A DNA stretch of 64,000 bases from Octopus vulgaris (lineage: Eukaryota), in NCBI GenBank assembly GCA_951406725.2, contig OX597827.1, positions 55,924,001-55,988,000 on the forward strand, read 5' to 3'. The position numbers were made by a program, and so were the translations under genes. The notes below the pieces were generated by a model. The model saw nothing but the letters and a program-made list of their open reading frames with translations, searched no databases and was not told where the DNA came from. Position 1 is the first letter of the stretch. Each line of letters starts with the position of its first letter. Positions 13,710-28,416 of this stretch are shown piece by piece.

Positions 13710-13960
13710 AAGTGGTCTCAACCAGGGTTCTTATGGCTCTTGAGGGTCTACATAACATTTTATCACTAAAGTTTATGTGCAATAAATTGGTTGTATTTGT
13801 ACACTACACAAAATATCTTAATTTTATTTTTATACAATTTCTAATAATATTTAATTATGAAAATATATGATTTTTTTAAACATTGGATGGCTAAGAGGGT
13901 ACATCCAAATAAAATATGAATCAAAGGGGTCCATAGGTTAAAAATGGTTGAGAAACACTG
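13710..13960. mobile_element. hAT (Charlie-like) MITE
   Basis: TIR (C)AGTGGT(T)CTCAACC / GGTTGAGAAACACTG; perfect 8-bp TSD GTCTAAAT. Confidence 0.85.
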
Positions 13961-14799
13961 GTCTAAATGCTTCTGATAGGGTAGGCTTTTCTAAAGGCAT
14001 CCAAAGGCTAAATAACAGAATAAGAAGTTCCAATTTGAATCAATGAATAATGCTACAGAGATAATTATATAATTGCATATAATTATGATTATATAGACAA
14101 AAGTTCATTCAAACTAGAGAGAAAAATTGATTGTAATAATCTTTACTCTTCATTCATTATAATTATGATTTCTAACATAACTTCATTCTACTTTATGACT
14201 GATAAACCAAGAACCAAGGAAAGATAAAAGGTAAAATTGATCCTGTCAGAATTTGAACTTAAAATGTTAAGTGACATGAATAAATAATGATTTCAAATTT
14301 TGGCACAAGGCCAGTAATTTCAGGGAGGGAATAAGTCAGTTACATGGACCCCATTACTCAACTGGTATTTATATCTTACTGACCTGAAAAGGATGAAAAG
14401 TAAAGTCAACCTTGGTGAAATTTGAACTCAGAACATAAAGACAGACAAAATGTCACTAAGTATTTTGCCTGATGATGACAATGAATAAAATATCTTGCAA
14501 ATGACAACATAATGATTAAAATCAACTGCCAATCATTAATAATGGTAGTAAGAAACTCTAAGAAGAGCTGATCTGAGGTTCTTCAGAAATGAAACTACCT
14601 CGTGCAAGTGTTTTGACCCTTTGTTTCCACTTTAAGAGGGGCCAGGCTGCATCCATGTCATGACTCCTGGATGCTCCATTTCTGTCACATTTTGTGTGCC
14701 TTTCATCATAGGTTTGTTCAATTAGGGCTGATGATAGGTGAAACAACCTGATCTAAAACCTGGTGTTTTACTAGTTTGGTCATTTTGCTGCTATGGATG

Positions 14800-15060
14800 T
14801 ATTTATAGAACAAAATAAATAAAAGAAAAAAAATCTGGAACAATATTCTGAACATGTTGGAAAGATTCAGCAACAAATTACATATTGTGATTCACGGTCA
14901 CAAAGCAGTGAATTAGTAAGTGAACTAGATGCTTCAAAAGAGAGTATGACTACTATTTTAGGAGATATTAAATTACTACAAATCATTTGACAAGAATAAC
15001 AATTTGTAAACTATAATTACATTATTATGTAGAAGGTATCAAGCTATTAACCTAAAGATT
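14800..15060 (+). mobile_element. Very old hAT transposase remnant
   Basis: KIWNNILNMLERF (cf. RWNS..MLERF) at ~14830-14868 and LCRR at ~15025; otherwise decayed. Confidence 0.3.
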
Positions 15061-16049
15061 ATTAGATTACTTCCTGCCATAAGCCATGATTTCAAACACA
15101 GACACAAAGCCACACACATTGTGAAGAGAAATACAGTTTATTAAACTGTCATCAAAATATATTTAATTCATTCACTCACTCTTTCCCAAAAGGATAAATA
15201 GTAAAGTGGAATAAAATAAGATTTGAAATCACAATGCAATGGAAAGGTAACTAAATACGACAAGGCATTTAATCTTCTGAAATGAGTAATTCTACCATCC
15301 ACTGCTTTCCTTCTTTCTTCCTACCATAAATAATAACACTTAAATAACGGCCAGACTAGTATGGGTCAGTATGGGTCAGTGTTGCATAACTGGTACCTGT
15401 GCTGGTGGCACGTAAAAAGCACCCTTCAAACTTTGAGTCTCATGGAGGCAGTGACAAGTGACTGAGACCTTTGACAATATACCATGCTTGAAAAGACCTG
15501 TCAAGCCAGGTGGGATCATAATCATGACCGATGCTGGTGTTTTGTAACTGCTGATGGCATGTAAAAAGTACCCACTACACTCTCGGAGTGGTTGGTGTTA
15601 GGAAGGGCATCCAGCTGTAAAAACCAAGCTAAATCAGATTGCAGTTCCCCAGCTTACCAGTTTTCAGTCAAACTGTCCAACCCATGCCAGCATGAAAAAC
15701 GGATGTTAAATGATGATGATGGATCTATAAAGTCATGTGCACTACCCTGCTTCCTGCTGGATTATAACTTATAAAAAAAAGGAAAGCAAACATATATGTA
15801 TTTTACACAATGAAATCAAAATCCATGATAAAATGTCTGCCTTATAGATATATAAGGTATATGATTAAAAAGCTATTTCTTGAAACTATGCTTTACAATG
15901 CCAAACACACATACCTTGAAGGGTACATGTATCTGTGGAATATTCAGCCAATCAAACAACTGAATGCTCCTTGTCAGAAACAATGGCAGATCTATCATAT
16001 ACATACATATGTATATAGAGACAGTGAATTTATGATTTACACACATATA

Positions 16050-16481
16050 TCAAACCAAATCAAAATAGATGAACATCAAATGGAATTTGTATCTTTGTGG
16101 TACCAGTGCCGGTGGCACATAAGAAAACCATCCGAACGTGGCCGTAGCCAGTACCGCATTGACTGGCCTCCGTGCTGTGGGCACGTAACAAACACCATCC
16201 GATCGTGGCCGTTCGCCAGCCTCGTCTGGCACCTGTGTCGGTGGCACATAAAAAACACCATCCGAGCGTGGCCGTCTGCCAGCCTCGTCTGGCACCTGTG
16301 TCGGTGGCACATAAAATCACCCACTACACTCTCGGAGTGGTTGGCGTTAGGAAGGGCATCCAGCTGTAGAAACACTGCCAGATCTGACTGGCCTGGTGCA
16401 GCCTTCGGGCTCCCCAGACCCCAGTTGAACCGTCCAACCCATGCTAGCATGGAAAGCGGACGTTAAACGATGATGATGATG
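16050..16481 (+). mobile_element. Young SINE-like element, family C, (GAT)n tail, with internal ~57-60-bp tandem units
   Basis: GGTTGGCGTTAGGAAGGGCATCCAGCTGTAG...CGGACGTTAAACGATGATG. Other copies: 3935-4112, 11530-11905, 15380-15722, 18495-18725, 20400-20620, 21665-22130, 27765-27900, 59168-59345, 61660-62500. Confidence 0.85.
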
Positions 16482-18380
16482 TAAAAATAATAATTCACTT
16501 CATCGCTGCTCAAAGTTTCTTATGATATGTGATCTTCCAGGTAGCAAAAATCTAAATGAATATTCATTCATTTATAAACTCTACTACATGTATTGAGAAC
16601 TTTGCCTGTTTATATACTCAAATACAGAAGTGTGTGTCTGAGCATGCATATGTAATTATCTCTCTATGGAGAAGTGGGGTAGAGGTGTCACTTTATTTTG
16701 TATTCACTGCTTGAGTTTCTTGCTGAACAAATACATTAATAAAAATATGAAATGGGTTTAAAATAGAACCAGAATAAAAGCATGTTTTAACAACAACACT
16801 GATTAAAGTAACTGCGTAGCTATGCAAGATATATTACTATTACTTTACAGAGTCTCTCTGGACAGAGAGAAGATTGATATTAGGTGCAGGGTGAGGAAAG
16901 ATTTGTTGACAACTGAAAGCGCAAAGAAAAAAATAAAACAGGTCAAGGCAAACATAATATTTGTCAGTGAAGAGAAAGAAGAAAAAAAAAGCATTAAGAA
17001 GTGTAATATAGCTGCTGTGTAGCCTCAGATCAGTTCTGATCCAACATATCTACAATAAAAGGCATTCTAGCTATGAAATCTTCTCTCTTGGCTCTAATTT
17101 ATCCACTGAACTTCATCACACAATGTGCCTTTTTGTGTCACCAGCGTGGGTGTATTTTAAGTGTCACTGGCATGGGTGCTTTTAAGTGTCACCGGCATGG
17201 GTGCCTCTCACATGTAACTGGTACAAATGCCTTTTATATGTCACTGACATGGGTGCCTTTCATGTTACTGACACTGGCCACCATAAGCAGACTATGTTAA
17301 TGTAATCAACTAAACCTAGAAAGTGATAAATCATTATGATCAATTCAATGACTGAAAACAGTGAAAGAATATAAAAGAAAAGAAAGACAAGCTGAAAACA
17401 GTTTAAAAAACCATAAACTTTGGGCAATGTTCAGAACTACTAATGACTGAATTATTAGATATTAATTAATGTAAGCTGAGAGAAGAAGTATTTAGGTCTT
17501 TGACAACATACTGACTTCCTATCTCATTTATGTGAAAGAAACAAAAAAAAATAGTGAGTTAACACTAAACTGAAACTCATCCATACTATTTACTTCTTGG
17601 TAGCCCCAGAACAAAGTCAAAGATAAAATGAAGGATGTGTCTCTACATCATCTAGTAGTTCATGATATAGGCTCTTATCTCAATCTAATGTTGTTTATCT
17701 CCGGGTCATTCTAGCTATGACAATCCCTCATTTTGTATACCAGTGAACACATTATTTAAAGTGTTCTTCCCTTTTTTTAAAGACATTATAATGTAATTTT
17801 AGTGATATGAAGCTTGTTTAACTAGGTACTTTGATGCAAATGTAGCAATCTATATGATAATCTATAACTCATTTAATTCAGTAGATAAAACTTCCAGTAG
17901 CTATATATAAACAAAGCCTATACTTACCAAATAAATATGACCCAATGGCATGTAACATGCTTTTACTGATTGTTTTAGGTGCCCTTGTGAATAGATATAG
18001 ACACCCTCTTGGCCCTCCAAACCTTGACCCAACAGAATATCAAGTATGTGAGAGCTGGAGGGATAGAGGGCTGCACTAGCATTCAGTGGTACCTATTTTC
18101 AGCTGAGGAGACAGAAGCAATGTAAAAGCTCAAAGATAATGCACAACTCAGTCAAAGAAGTCAACTCATAACCTTGTGATTGTGAGCCCAACATCCTAAC
18201 TTGTAGACCACCTCTCTTCACACAATATGTAATTGAGAACAAATAACACAAAACATTCTCTAAACAATCAGCCATTAAAATTACTTATACTATATCAAAA
18301 TCCATTCATTAATGTAAACATGTTCCTGAAAGTAAAATTGAGAGATTATAAGGTTCTTCATGAAACTGGATAATTTAGAT

Positions 18381-18932
18381 TAATGGTTCTCAGCTGGAGT
18401 CTATATGACCCCTGGGGGGTTCATGCAAGCAAAATAGTAAATTGGGGATTCACAGTCTTATATTAAGGGTCCTTGAAAGATTTTACTTTCGATACATCAT
18501 CATCATCATCATCATTGTTTAACGTCCACTTTCCATGCTAGCATAGGTTGTCGATTTGACAGAGGACTGGCGAACCAGATGGCTGCACCAGGCTCCAATC
18601 TAATCTGGCAGAGCTTCTACAGCTGGATGCCCTTCCTAACGCCAACCACTCCGAGAGTGTAGTGGGTGCTTTTACATGCCACCGGCACGAGGGTCAGTCA
18701 GGCGGAACTGGCAATGGCCATGCTCATGTATTGCAAGAAACAGCTAGGCTTCTTTCTTTAATTTTACATAGTTCTGCCCACACAAGTTAATGTATGAGAA
18801 ACAAAATAGGAATTTTGAAAGAAATTTCAATAAAACTAGTTGATAAACATTGACTGGCTATGGGGGTCCACCAGAATAAAATAGTAATCAAGGCGGTCCA
18901 CAGGTAAAAAAAAAAATTATTGAGAATGACTG
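18381..18932. mobile_element. hAT MITE interrupted by a SINE (18495-18725)
   Basis: TSD ATTTAGAT/GTTTAGAT; homologous to 28074-28416. Confidence 0.8.
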
Positions 18933-21900
18933 GTTTAGATTAAAATCTAAAAAATATTGTCACAGTCACAAATCAAATCAATTCTGATTGTCATCATCAT
19001 CATCATCATTTAACATCCATTTTTCCCTGCTTACATAGGTCAGACAGAAATTGCTGAGGTAGATTTCTCATAGCTGGGTGCCCTTCCTGTCACCAACCCT
19101 CACCTGTATGATGATGATGTTCATCAATAACTATCACATGACAATTGCACGTGCACACACACACATACACACCATGCAGCCTATTATCAAGTTTTACAAA
19201 TTTTGGGATGTGAAGTACATTTGAAATCTGATGACTCACTGTACAATTTAGATACATTGCATAAGATATCTGACTTTGATAAAAGATTAATTAATGTGTT
19301 ATGAATGGCTTGTATCATTTCATTTATTTCAGAGAGAAAAAAAATCAATTTTAATAAAAAGGTTTTTTGTTTTATGCTCTAGTTTGGGGAATCAGACTAG
19401 GAATTTCAAATAGTCTGGATTTCTAACAACGTGGCCAGATAAACTAAGGTGAGTATAATGCCTGCCCCAGGATATAATCCAGTACTAATGACGACAACAG
19501 GGTGTGGATCTACAACTAATAATCAGAGAGAAAAAGAGAGGAGAGAGTTCAACCAGTTGAACTTCGTGACATTTGAGAATTTCTGTTTTACATATTGAAT
19601 ATCAAATACTGGTTTTCAGTTTGATTCACAATATCATATTTCAACTACAGATATTAGCCTGAATGGTATAAAATACCATTCTTGGCCTTCAGGCAAATAA
19701 GTATTCAATTTTTTTTTTTTTAACCAGCTGCTGATTCAACACTAAAACAGGATATAATTATGCAGCTGACCTGAATTACAAATATGTCGAGGTTGCCTTA
19801 ATCAATATCACACACAGATATTGATAAAATACTACATAACCAAGAGAGGGAGAGAGAAGGGGGAGTGGCTTTGGATGTGATCCATTAATACCAAGAAGTA
19901 TTATAGTAGAATGTCATTAAAAACTCTTAGTTTCACAATACAAACTAACATAAAACAGAACTGCAAATAAAATTATTGATGCCTGGATGGCTATGTGAGT
20001 GGATGGTACTTAAAAGGAAGAAAACAGGCAAAAAGTGAATAGCAAAAGCTACTGAGATAGCATAGGAATCCAACTGGAAATATACAGACATAGCTGTGTG
20101 GTTAAAAACTTCAGTTTGCAACTTCAGGGTCCCCAGTTTAGTGCCAGTATATGGCACCATGGGCAATTTTTTCATCAACCAAATTCTGCAGTATAAGCGT
20201 GGAATTTGACAGATGGAAACTGTGTGTAAGACCAGTGTATGTGTGTGAGTGAGAGACATTCTTGAATTTAAGATCAAAAGAACAAAAAGTCCAAAGAGAA
20301 CCCTCTACAAGGAGTTAAAGATAATTGCAGAGTAAGTAATTTATTACACATACACACACATTAAATATGTATGCATACATACTTGTGTTTACATTTACCA
20401 TCATCATATAGCATCCATTTTCCATGCTGGCATAGGTTAAATGGTTTGACTGAACCAGGCTCCAGTCTGTTTTGGCTTGGTTTCTACAACTGGGTGCCCT
20501 GCCCAACACCAACCACTCCATAGAGTATACTGGGTGTCTTCCACGTGTGACCAGCAAGGATGCTTTTTATGTGTCACCAGCACAAGAGTCTTGTACATGT
20601 CATTGGCACAGGTGCTGCAAGTGTAAAAAGCATTGCTGATGTTGTGTCCCTTCAAATCCTGTAGCTTAGTGGCTCAACAATATAGATGAAAAAAAAAAAA
20701 CAGTGTCAACATGTACCTGATTGAAATAAATAGGGGGTGGGGGTCAATATGAACGAGCAAACCCTTGAAGGCAGTTCCCTCAACATGGCTGTAAACTAAT
20801 GACTGAAACCATTGAAATAAAAGAATAAAAACATTTCAAATCTTGGAGAACAGGACTAAAAATGACATGATCAAACTGCACACACACAGAGGCATAGTAT
20901 CTATGACATAACATCTACTTTCTGCTGTTATTGATTTACAGCTAGAGAAGTTAAACATTAGAAGTACAACAGGCAGCAGTAAAACTGAGATGGTTATAAC
21001 AGGATTTTGCAGTTAATTAACCCTTCTGTTGACTTGATATATTACTTGATAAATTGGATGACTTAGAGGTTAAGATGCAGGACCACTTGAGTTAAAGATC
21101 ATTCTGTCAGTGGTCATTTATAATTACTTTTTTGTAGCTGTTTTATGCTGTGCTTCTATTGATGTGAGTTAGCTAAGATGAGCTGGTTAAGACAGTTTAA
21201 TGGAATATAATATTGGATTACTAAGCTTCTCAGTGCTGCGTTTAAACCTTCCACAGCTGTTCCCTTGTGTATTTTAGTACAACAATTACACCAACATACT
21301 CCACTTCACCTGGCTGTTGAGAAAAGGTACCAGATCTTTGGAGAATGCCACCTGGAATACATCAGCATCCTATTACAAGAGGGACACAGCTCTCAACTAC
21401 TAAATACAACAAAATGCTTTTATAAAGAACTCATAAAGTCAGATTATTAACTTTAGACTTGGTACAGTTAAGTAGATGAGATAGTAGCTTTTACATGTGA
21501 AGTTAGTCCATCACAGGTAAAACTCTCAGATAGGTCTGGTAATTGTATGAAGTACAACTAAGTAAACTAAAGCAGACAAATCAGCATCTTGCCTAAAGAA
21601 TATAAGAGATTCCTACAATGATTTCAAATACAAGAATCAATAGACCAATATTTTATCTACATTGTCATCATCATCCCCATTTAATGTCTGTTTTACATGT
21701 TTCTTATTTCTTTATTGCCCATAAGGGGCTAAACATAGAGGGGACAAACAAGGACAGACAAAGGGATTAAGTCGATTACATCGACCCCAGTACGTAACTG
21801 GTACTTGATTTATCGACCCTGAAAGGATGAAAAGCAAAGTCGACTGTGGTAGAATTTGAACCCCAAACATAACGGCAGATGAAATACCGCTAAGCATTTC

Positions 21901-22398
21901 ATCCAGCGTGCTAACATTTCGGCCAGCTCGACGCCTTTTTTCCATGTTGGCATGTGTTGGACGGTCTGACAGGCACCGGTAAGGCCAGGAACACACCAGA
22001 TTCCATAATCTGTTCTGGCTTGGTTTCTATGGTTGGATGCTCTTCCCAATGCCAACCACTCCATACAGTATACTGGGTGCTTTTTATGTGGCACCATCAC
22101 AAGTACTTTTTAAGTGGCACCAGTACTCACACCAACACTTTCAACACTTTGATTTTAGGATCTCACACACACATACAAGAACATCCAATGATGAATACGA
22201 GCTTAAACCAAACAAAATGTGGTATAGAATGGAACTCACAAGTAAATATAATTTAAACTGAATGTAGTTAAACTAGAATTAATACTTAACATTTGAAATA
22301 TATTATTCAGACCTAATTTAACTATGTTTAATACTTGCTAAAAATAGGAAGAGTAACTTAAATTTTAAATTAATACATCAGCATATATATATATATAC

Positions 22399-22601
22399 AT
22401 AAAGTGTGTTAAGAGCATTTATAGTACATGTATCCTAAAGAAACTCAACAAACAATTAAAGATAGAGAAGAGAAGGTGTTATAAGTTTTAAAAAAATTTA
22501 ATTTTTTAAAAACTTATAACACCTTCTCTTCTCCATCTTTAATTGTTTGTTTTAAGTTTCTATAGGATACGTGTTCTATAAATGCTCTTGACACACTTTA
22601 T
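22399..22601. repeat. ~200-bp near-perfect spacerless palindrome, followed by two ~60-bp direct repeats (22655-22771)
   Basis: GAGAAGAGAAGGTGTTATAAGTTTT..AAAACTTATAACACCTTCTCTTCTC, with arms matching out to ATAAAGTGTG/CACACTTTAT. Confidence 0.9.
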
Positions 22602-22837
22602 ACTTGTAACATTTCCATATTCGAAAAATACTTACTACAGTAAGCTACCAATGTAATATAAAGAATCATTATTAGAAATTGACCTTTGGAACCTCCAACA
22701 GTAAAGGATGATTAATATAAAGAATCTTTATAAGAAATCGACCTTTGGAACCTCTTAAAATAAAGGATGATATAGAACTCAACCTTTTCTCATATATATA
22801 TATATATATGAACATAAATGAATATATCAACATAGAC

Positions 22838-23248
22838 ATAGGAGCACTGTGTGGTAAGTAGCTTGCTTACCAACCACATGGATCCAGGTTCAGTCCCACT
22901 GCATGGCAACTTGGGCAAGTACCTTCTACTATAGGCTTGGGCTGACCAAAGCCTTGTGAGTGGATTTGGTAGACAGAAACTGAAAGAAGCCTGCCTGTCA
23001 TATATATATATACATACATATATGTATATATGTACATGCTTGTGTGCCTGTGTGTCCCCACTCCCTCACCATCACTTGACAACCGATGCTGGTGTGTTTA
23101 CGTCCCCAAAACTTAGCTGTTCAGCAAAAGAAACCAATAGAATAAGTACTAGGCTTACAAAGAATAAGCCCTGGGGTCAATTTGTTCGACTAAAGGCGGT
23201 GCTCCAGCATGGCTGCAGTCAAATGACTGAAACAAATAAAAGAATAAG
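22838..23248 (+). mobile_element. Full-length SINE, family B
   Basis: Collinear with 61975-62346. Confidence 0.9.
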
Positions 23249-23309
23249 TAATGTCATTAACAGAAGGTTAATAATCTACTACAGAACAGTCACAGAAAAA
23301 GGACAGGGT

Positions 23310-23351
<42 letters not shown>

Positions 23352-26300
23352 AAGCTAAAAGCAACAACTAAAAATACTTCATTGAATTTGTTTGATATCA
23401 AAATACATGCTCTCCTGAGGTTTTTGTAGCCAATTTTCTATTTTGAGGTGAAGTACCTTCAATTATATTTCAACCCACTTTCTTCACAAATCTTTTAGAT
23501 TTTACATTTCTTTGCTGTAAAAGTAGACAAGTAATGTCACCATAGAAAGCCATAAACATTGTGTTGGTAATCCTTAATTTATTACGTGCTTAATTAGAAA
23601 ACTTAACAAAAAAAAACTTCAAAAAGTAAACTGCCATGATTGATAATGCTTTTAAGCAATGCATATATTTGCTCCACTAAACTTGCTCCCATTTCACAGT
23701 TCAGTGTGTTCCCATTTCATAGTTTCAGTAGCTGAAAATATTTGCTCTAAAAATGTACAGCATTATTTTAAATCATGTTAAGGTGGTGAGCTGGGAGAAA
23801 TTGTTAGCACGTTGGACGAAATGCTTAGTGGTATTTCACCCATCACAACGTTCTGAGTTCAAATTCTACTGAGGTCAACTTTACTTTTCATCCTTTCAGG
23901 GTCGATAAAATAAGCACCAGTTAACGACTGGGGTCGATGTAATTGACTAGTCCCCTCCCTGAAAATTTCAGGCCTTGTGCCTACACCAGAAAGGAGTATT
24001 TTAAATCATGTTAAAGTGGCAAAACACACACACACACACACAGATGTGAGTAACAAATTTCTATTAATCAACATTTTTACATCACTTGAAAACTGGAACT
24101 TGGGACTCACTATTTTTAACTACATTTAAACAATTCAACTATTTTTTTATCTACGGACCCCTTTGATTACTCTTTTATTCCGGTGGACCTATATCCATTC
24201 TATGTTTAAAAACTAGTTTTATAGAAACTTCTTTCAAAATTCCTATTTTGTTTTTCACACATTAACCTGTGTAGGCTGAGCTATGTAAAATTAGAGTAAG
24301 AAGCCCTGTTGTTTTTTGCAATACATACTAATACATACAACTAAAGTAAAATTTTTCAGGGGACCTTAAAATACTATTGTGGATTCTCAATTTACTATTT
24401 TGTTGTGTGGATATGTATATATCTATGTGTGTGTGTCTTTGTGTCTGTTTGTCCCCCGCCACCGCTTGACAACTGGTGTTGGTGTGTTGTCTGCATACCC
24501 ATAACTTAGCAGTTCAGCTAAGAGACCAATAGAATAAGTATTAGGCTTTAAAAGATAAGTCCTGGGGTCGATTTGTTCAGCTAAAAGCCTTCAAGGTGGT
24601 GCCCCAGCATGACCACTCTCAGATGACTGAAACAAGTAAAAGATAAAAGATAAAATTTCCTAATTATCCCTTTAAAATGAAATAGATTAAGAATAAGCCT
24701 TTATATTAGTTTCTCAATTATTCTTTAATTACACAAATAAAATAATACCACTTTACTCAATCTGGTAATAAAAAAAAATCTGCTGGTACAACTAGTTAAA
24801 CTGGTAAATAATAAACTTTAGTTCAGTCATAACTAGTAATAGTGTACTTTGACAAGCCTTCTCAGATAAGTGAACACTCCTTTTAACATGACCCATGAGT
24901 CAACAAGGTACACTCACTGGATCTGCTACAAATAGCAGCAAAATCTCGAATTACACCCAAATATAATGAAGCAAAGAAAGTAGAACACAATAGATAATGT
25001 GGTGTGCGATACATGAAGCCTGTAAGAAGGGTAAAAAAAAAGAAGACAATCACAGCTGGAATATGTTTGAACACAGGACGGTTAAATAAGGCCAGACCTG
25101 GGGCTAAACAGCGACATTATGGTAAGTTGGAAAAGAGGAGTTAGTGAGGGTAGTTTTATTATCTCAGTCTATGAAAGTTGTGTATCAGACAAAATATTTC
25201 ATGTAAAACAATTTCTATGCATCTTTTTCCTTGTAATTCCCTAATTTTAAATTCAAATTTCTAATCCCACCTCATATTACGAAGAAATAATTATCTCCCT
25301 TGTCATCACTAAGGAAACTCCATGAATCTGTGAGAAAATTAGCCAAAGTTAGGCTATGAACTCACATCACAAAAGCATAATCTCTATGGTGCACATTAAA
25401 CATTTCTTGGAATCAACAAAAGAACTTCTACATAGAAGTTTGATTTGTTATCAATAGCAACTAAATCTACTTTAAATCCTATATCTTTAAAAAAAAGACA
25501 CATTGGATAATGAAATCCCTGAGAGATAGACATGATAGTCATTACTTGAATGCCTTTGATCAGAGCTGATTTATGCTAAACAACATCAACATTGCAATAT
25601 TTGAAAAGAAAATTTTCTGCAATCATCAATAGTAGCATAAATAAATATAGACAAAGTTCTTTTAAATGAAAGAGTGGGATCATGTCATTTATCTATAATC
25701 ATAATTTATATGAAAGCCACACAGTAACTAATTAGTGTTGCTTTGTTTCTGGATAACAAACTTACATTTCAAAGCTTATAAAGAGCAGTTTTAGATGAGA
25801 GCTTGTAAATAAACAATTATAAAAATAAAAATTAAAAATTAAAAAAAAAAACAACATAAGAACATGAACAAGTACATATATGGCTCCCTTCAACATACAC
25901 AAAAACTATATTTCTAATAGAAAGGGCTTTTGATGTAGCATTCAAAGACATGTTAACCATGGAAAATCTTATAACTGAGTTATAGAGGTACAATTGAAGA
26001 CTATTTTTATGTAGTGTATCTTTTTTCTTTTTATGGGTCAATCAGATCTTTAGGCCATGGGTTCAATTCTGAGACCAGACAGTAGTGTATTGTGTTCTTG
26101 AGCAAGATATTTCATTTCATATTGTTTCAGTTCACTCAGCTGGGGAAAGGGTTAACTCTGTGCTGGAGTGGCATCTTGTTTGTTCAAGAGAGGTTTTGTA
26201 CTCCTAATCACTTAAACACCTCATAAACCAGGATCAGCTCCAAACTGATGGGCTTGTAGGCTCAAGACAGACTTGAACTTTAGTCAGAAGAGGAAGGACA

Positions 26301-28073
26301 CTGTTCATTACCTTTTTACAGGGCCTCCAAGACTAATCCAGGAAAAGGAGAAATATTTCAATATCTTATCACAGAGATCTAACTGAATGCTTGTAACAGA
26401 GCAGACACAGTATAAGCAACCAAGAATCAAGTTGTGGTGTTTAAACAGGTAAAGGATTAAGTTTTCTAGCCAAGAAAGGTATAAGTAATCTAATGGGCTT
26501 TCATCCTAGGGGATGAATTTAAGTAACCCATCTGAAGAGCTACCTAATTTCACTACCTGGGTCTATATATATCTGGCCATGGTGTCACATGAGATCAAAC
26601 AAAACTAACAGAATAATACCAGCAGTCAGACAGGTATTTGAAGTTATCTATACCTTACAGGGGAACTTGACTAAGGGAAACATTGCTGAGGAAAATTAAA
26701 GAAATATTTCAGCAACAAAAATAACTATAGTTTTAAACAAGTCATGAGTAACCTGCGACCTGCAGGACTTCCTGAATGGCATGCCTAACAAAATATTACC
26801 TGGGATATTTTAACTGTGTAATCTGCTTGATCATGAGCCATGTCTCATGTGGCCTGCTTCCTATAAAGGTTGCCTGTGCCTGGTTCAAACATTGAGTACT
26901 CCAACTTTAGATTGAAACTATAAACATGCTAAAACTCCAGGGCAGTAAAAACAAACAAGATGATGAAGTTAGAAGTGAGAATAACGATTCCCTTTGATGA
27001 GATACAAAATCTGCAGTTTGAATGGTGATAGTTGTTTATTTGATTGATTAAATCCAGTAAATTATTTGTACTTATTTTTATCACCTTTGGAGAGTGTATG
27101 TGTTGGGGCTTCAAAGCAAAGATAATAAGCACAAACTAAAATAATAACACTGTGTTCAGACAAGTACCAGACATGTTTCAGGTTTTGTTTACTTATTACT
27201 TTGACGTTGTACAAGAAATGAGGTTGATATGTTGAAAGTGCAACGAAGAAAGCTGTGAGCTATGATCCTCTTATTTATTTCAGTCAGTGTACTTAAGATA
27301 TCTGAGTTGTTGCCTTCAAAGGTCTTAGTCAATCATATCAAATCCACAGTTTATTTCAGTCAGTTACTTATTTTAACAAATTTCTATTTGTCAAACTGCT
27401 AAAGTTACATGATGTAAAAGGAAAACAATACAAACAAAGAAATGGACATAGAACTACATGAATATGCATACACATGTATGTGAATGTGGAAGCAACTCTT
27501 CTCATATCGACTTGTATATGGAAAACACCTGTCGCATGAAAAATTACTATGACAGTCAATGAAGTCGCATCTATGTTGTTGCATGACTTGCTATAAGTAG
27601 CAGTCAAATCTCCCATACACCACAGCCCACTATCTAAATAAAAAAAAAAAGAAAATGGGAGGAACACACAAGATAACGAAGTCTGACAAAAAAGAGGGGT
27701 TGGTCTGGCCACAGCTGAAATGCCATTAATGATAGGTCTGCTTGCTCAGGATTAGAATAAGAAGTATCATCATCATCATCATCCTTTAACGTCCATTTTC
27801 AATGTTGGCATGGGTTGGACGGTTTGATTGAAAACTAGTAAACTGGAGAGCTTCACCAGATTCCAATTTGATTTGGCATGATTTCTACAGCCGGATGCCT
27901 ACATGGGTGCCAGTCACGCAGCACCAAAATTGGCAAAACATTGAGAAAGGAAAAAGCAGATCAAGAAAAACATGGGACATATTGAAATCAGATCAGAGAA
28001 TAATGGGTCTTACAGAAGAGATAAAGTATAAGGAAGATTGGCAAGATGTACCTGTACAGTAAACAGCCTAGAC

Positions 28074-28416
28074 CAGTGGTTCTCAATCAAGATCCATATG
28101 GCAGCTGAGAGTTCATATAATATTTTTGGGGGGTCCATGCAACAAAATAGTAGATTGGGGATTCACAATAGTATTTTAAGGGCCTCTGAAAACATTTTGC
28201 TTTAGATGCATGTATTGGAATTTATTGCAAGAGATAGCTGGGTTTCTTTCTCTAATTTTACATAGTTCAACCTATGCAAGTTAATGTGTGAAAAACAAAA
28301 TAGAAATTTTGAAAGAAGTTTCCATAAGTTTTTAAACATAGAATGGCTAAAGGGTCCACCAAAATAAAACAGCAATCAAAGGGGTCCATAAATAAAAAAC
28401 TTGTTGAGAATCCCTG
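28074..28416. mobile_element. hAT MITE
   Basis: CAGTGGTTCTCAA ... TTGAGAATCCCTG. Further partial copies at ~24115-24410 and ~56390-56580. Confidence 0.8.

Noticed and set aside
14725-14755. CTGATGATAGGTGAAAC
   Set aside because: No stem II or stem I; it lies in an old dispersed repeat.
15810-16466. 218-aa ORF with internal repeats; CRISPR-like periodicity
   Set aside because: It runs through the tandem units of a SINE; the units are near-identical rather than unique spacers, there are no cas genes, and the context is eukaryotic.
21265-21450. Ankyrin-like peptide HTPLHLAVEK..HLEYISILLQEG
   Set aside because: The DNA resembles the decayed CORE-SINE seen at 57050-57125 and 26090-26150 (CTCCA.TTCAC..GCTG..GGTACC); single repeat, wrong spacing, weak donor.
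27160-27190. Minus-strand GAAACATGTC, resembling an HHR 3' half
   Set aside because: No CUGANGA core or stem II upstream.
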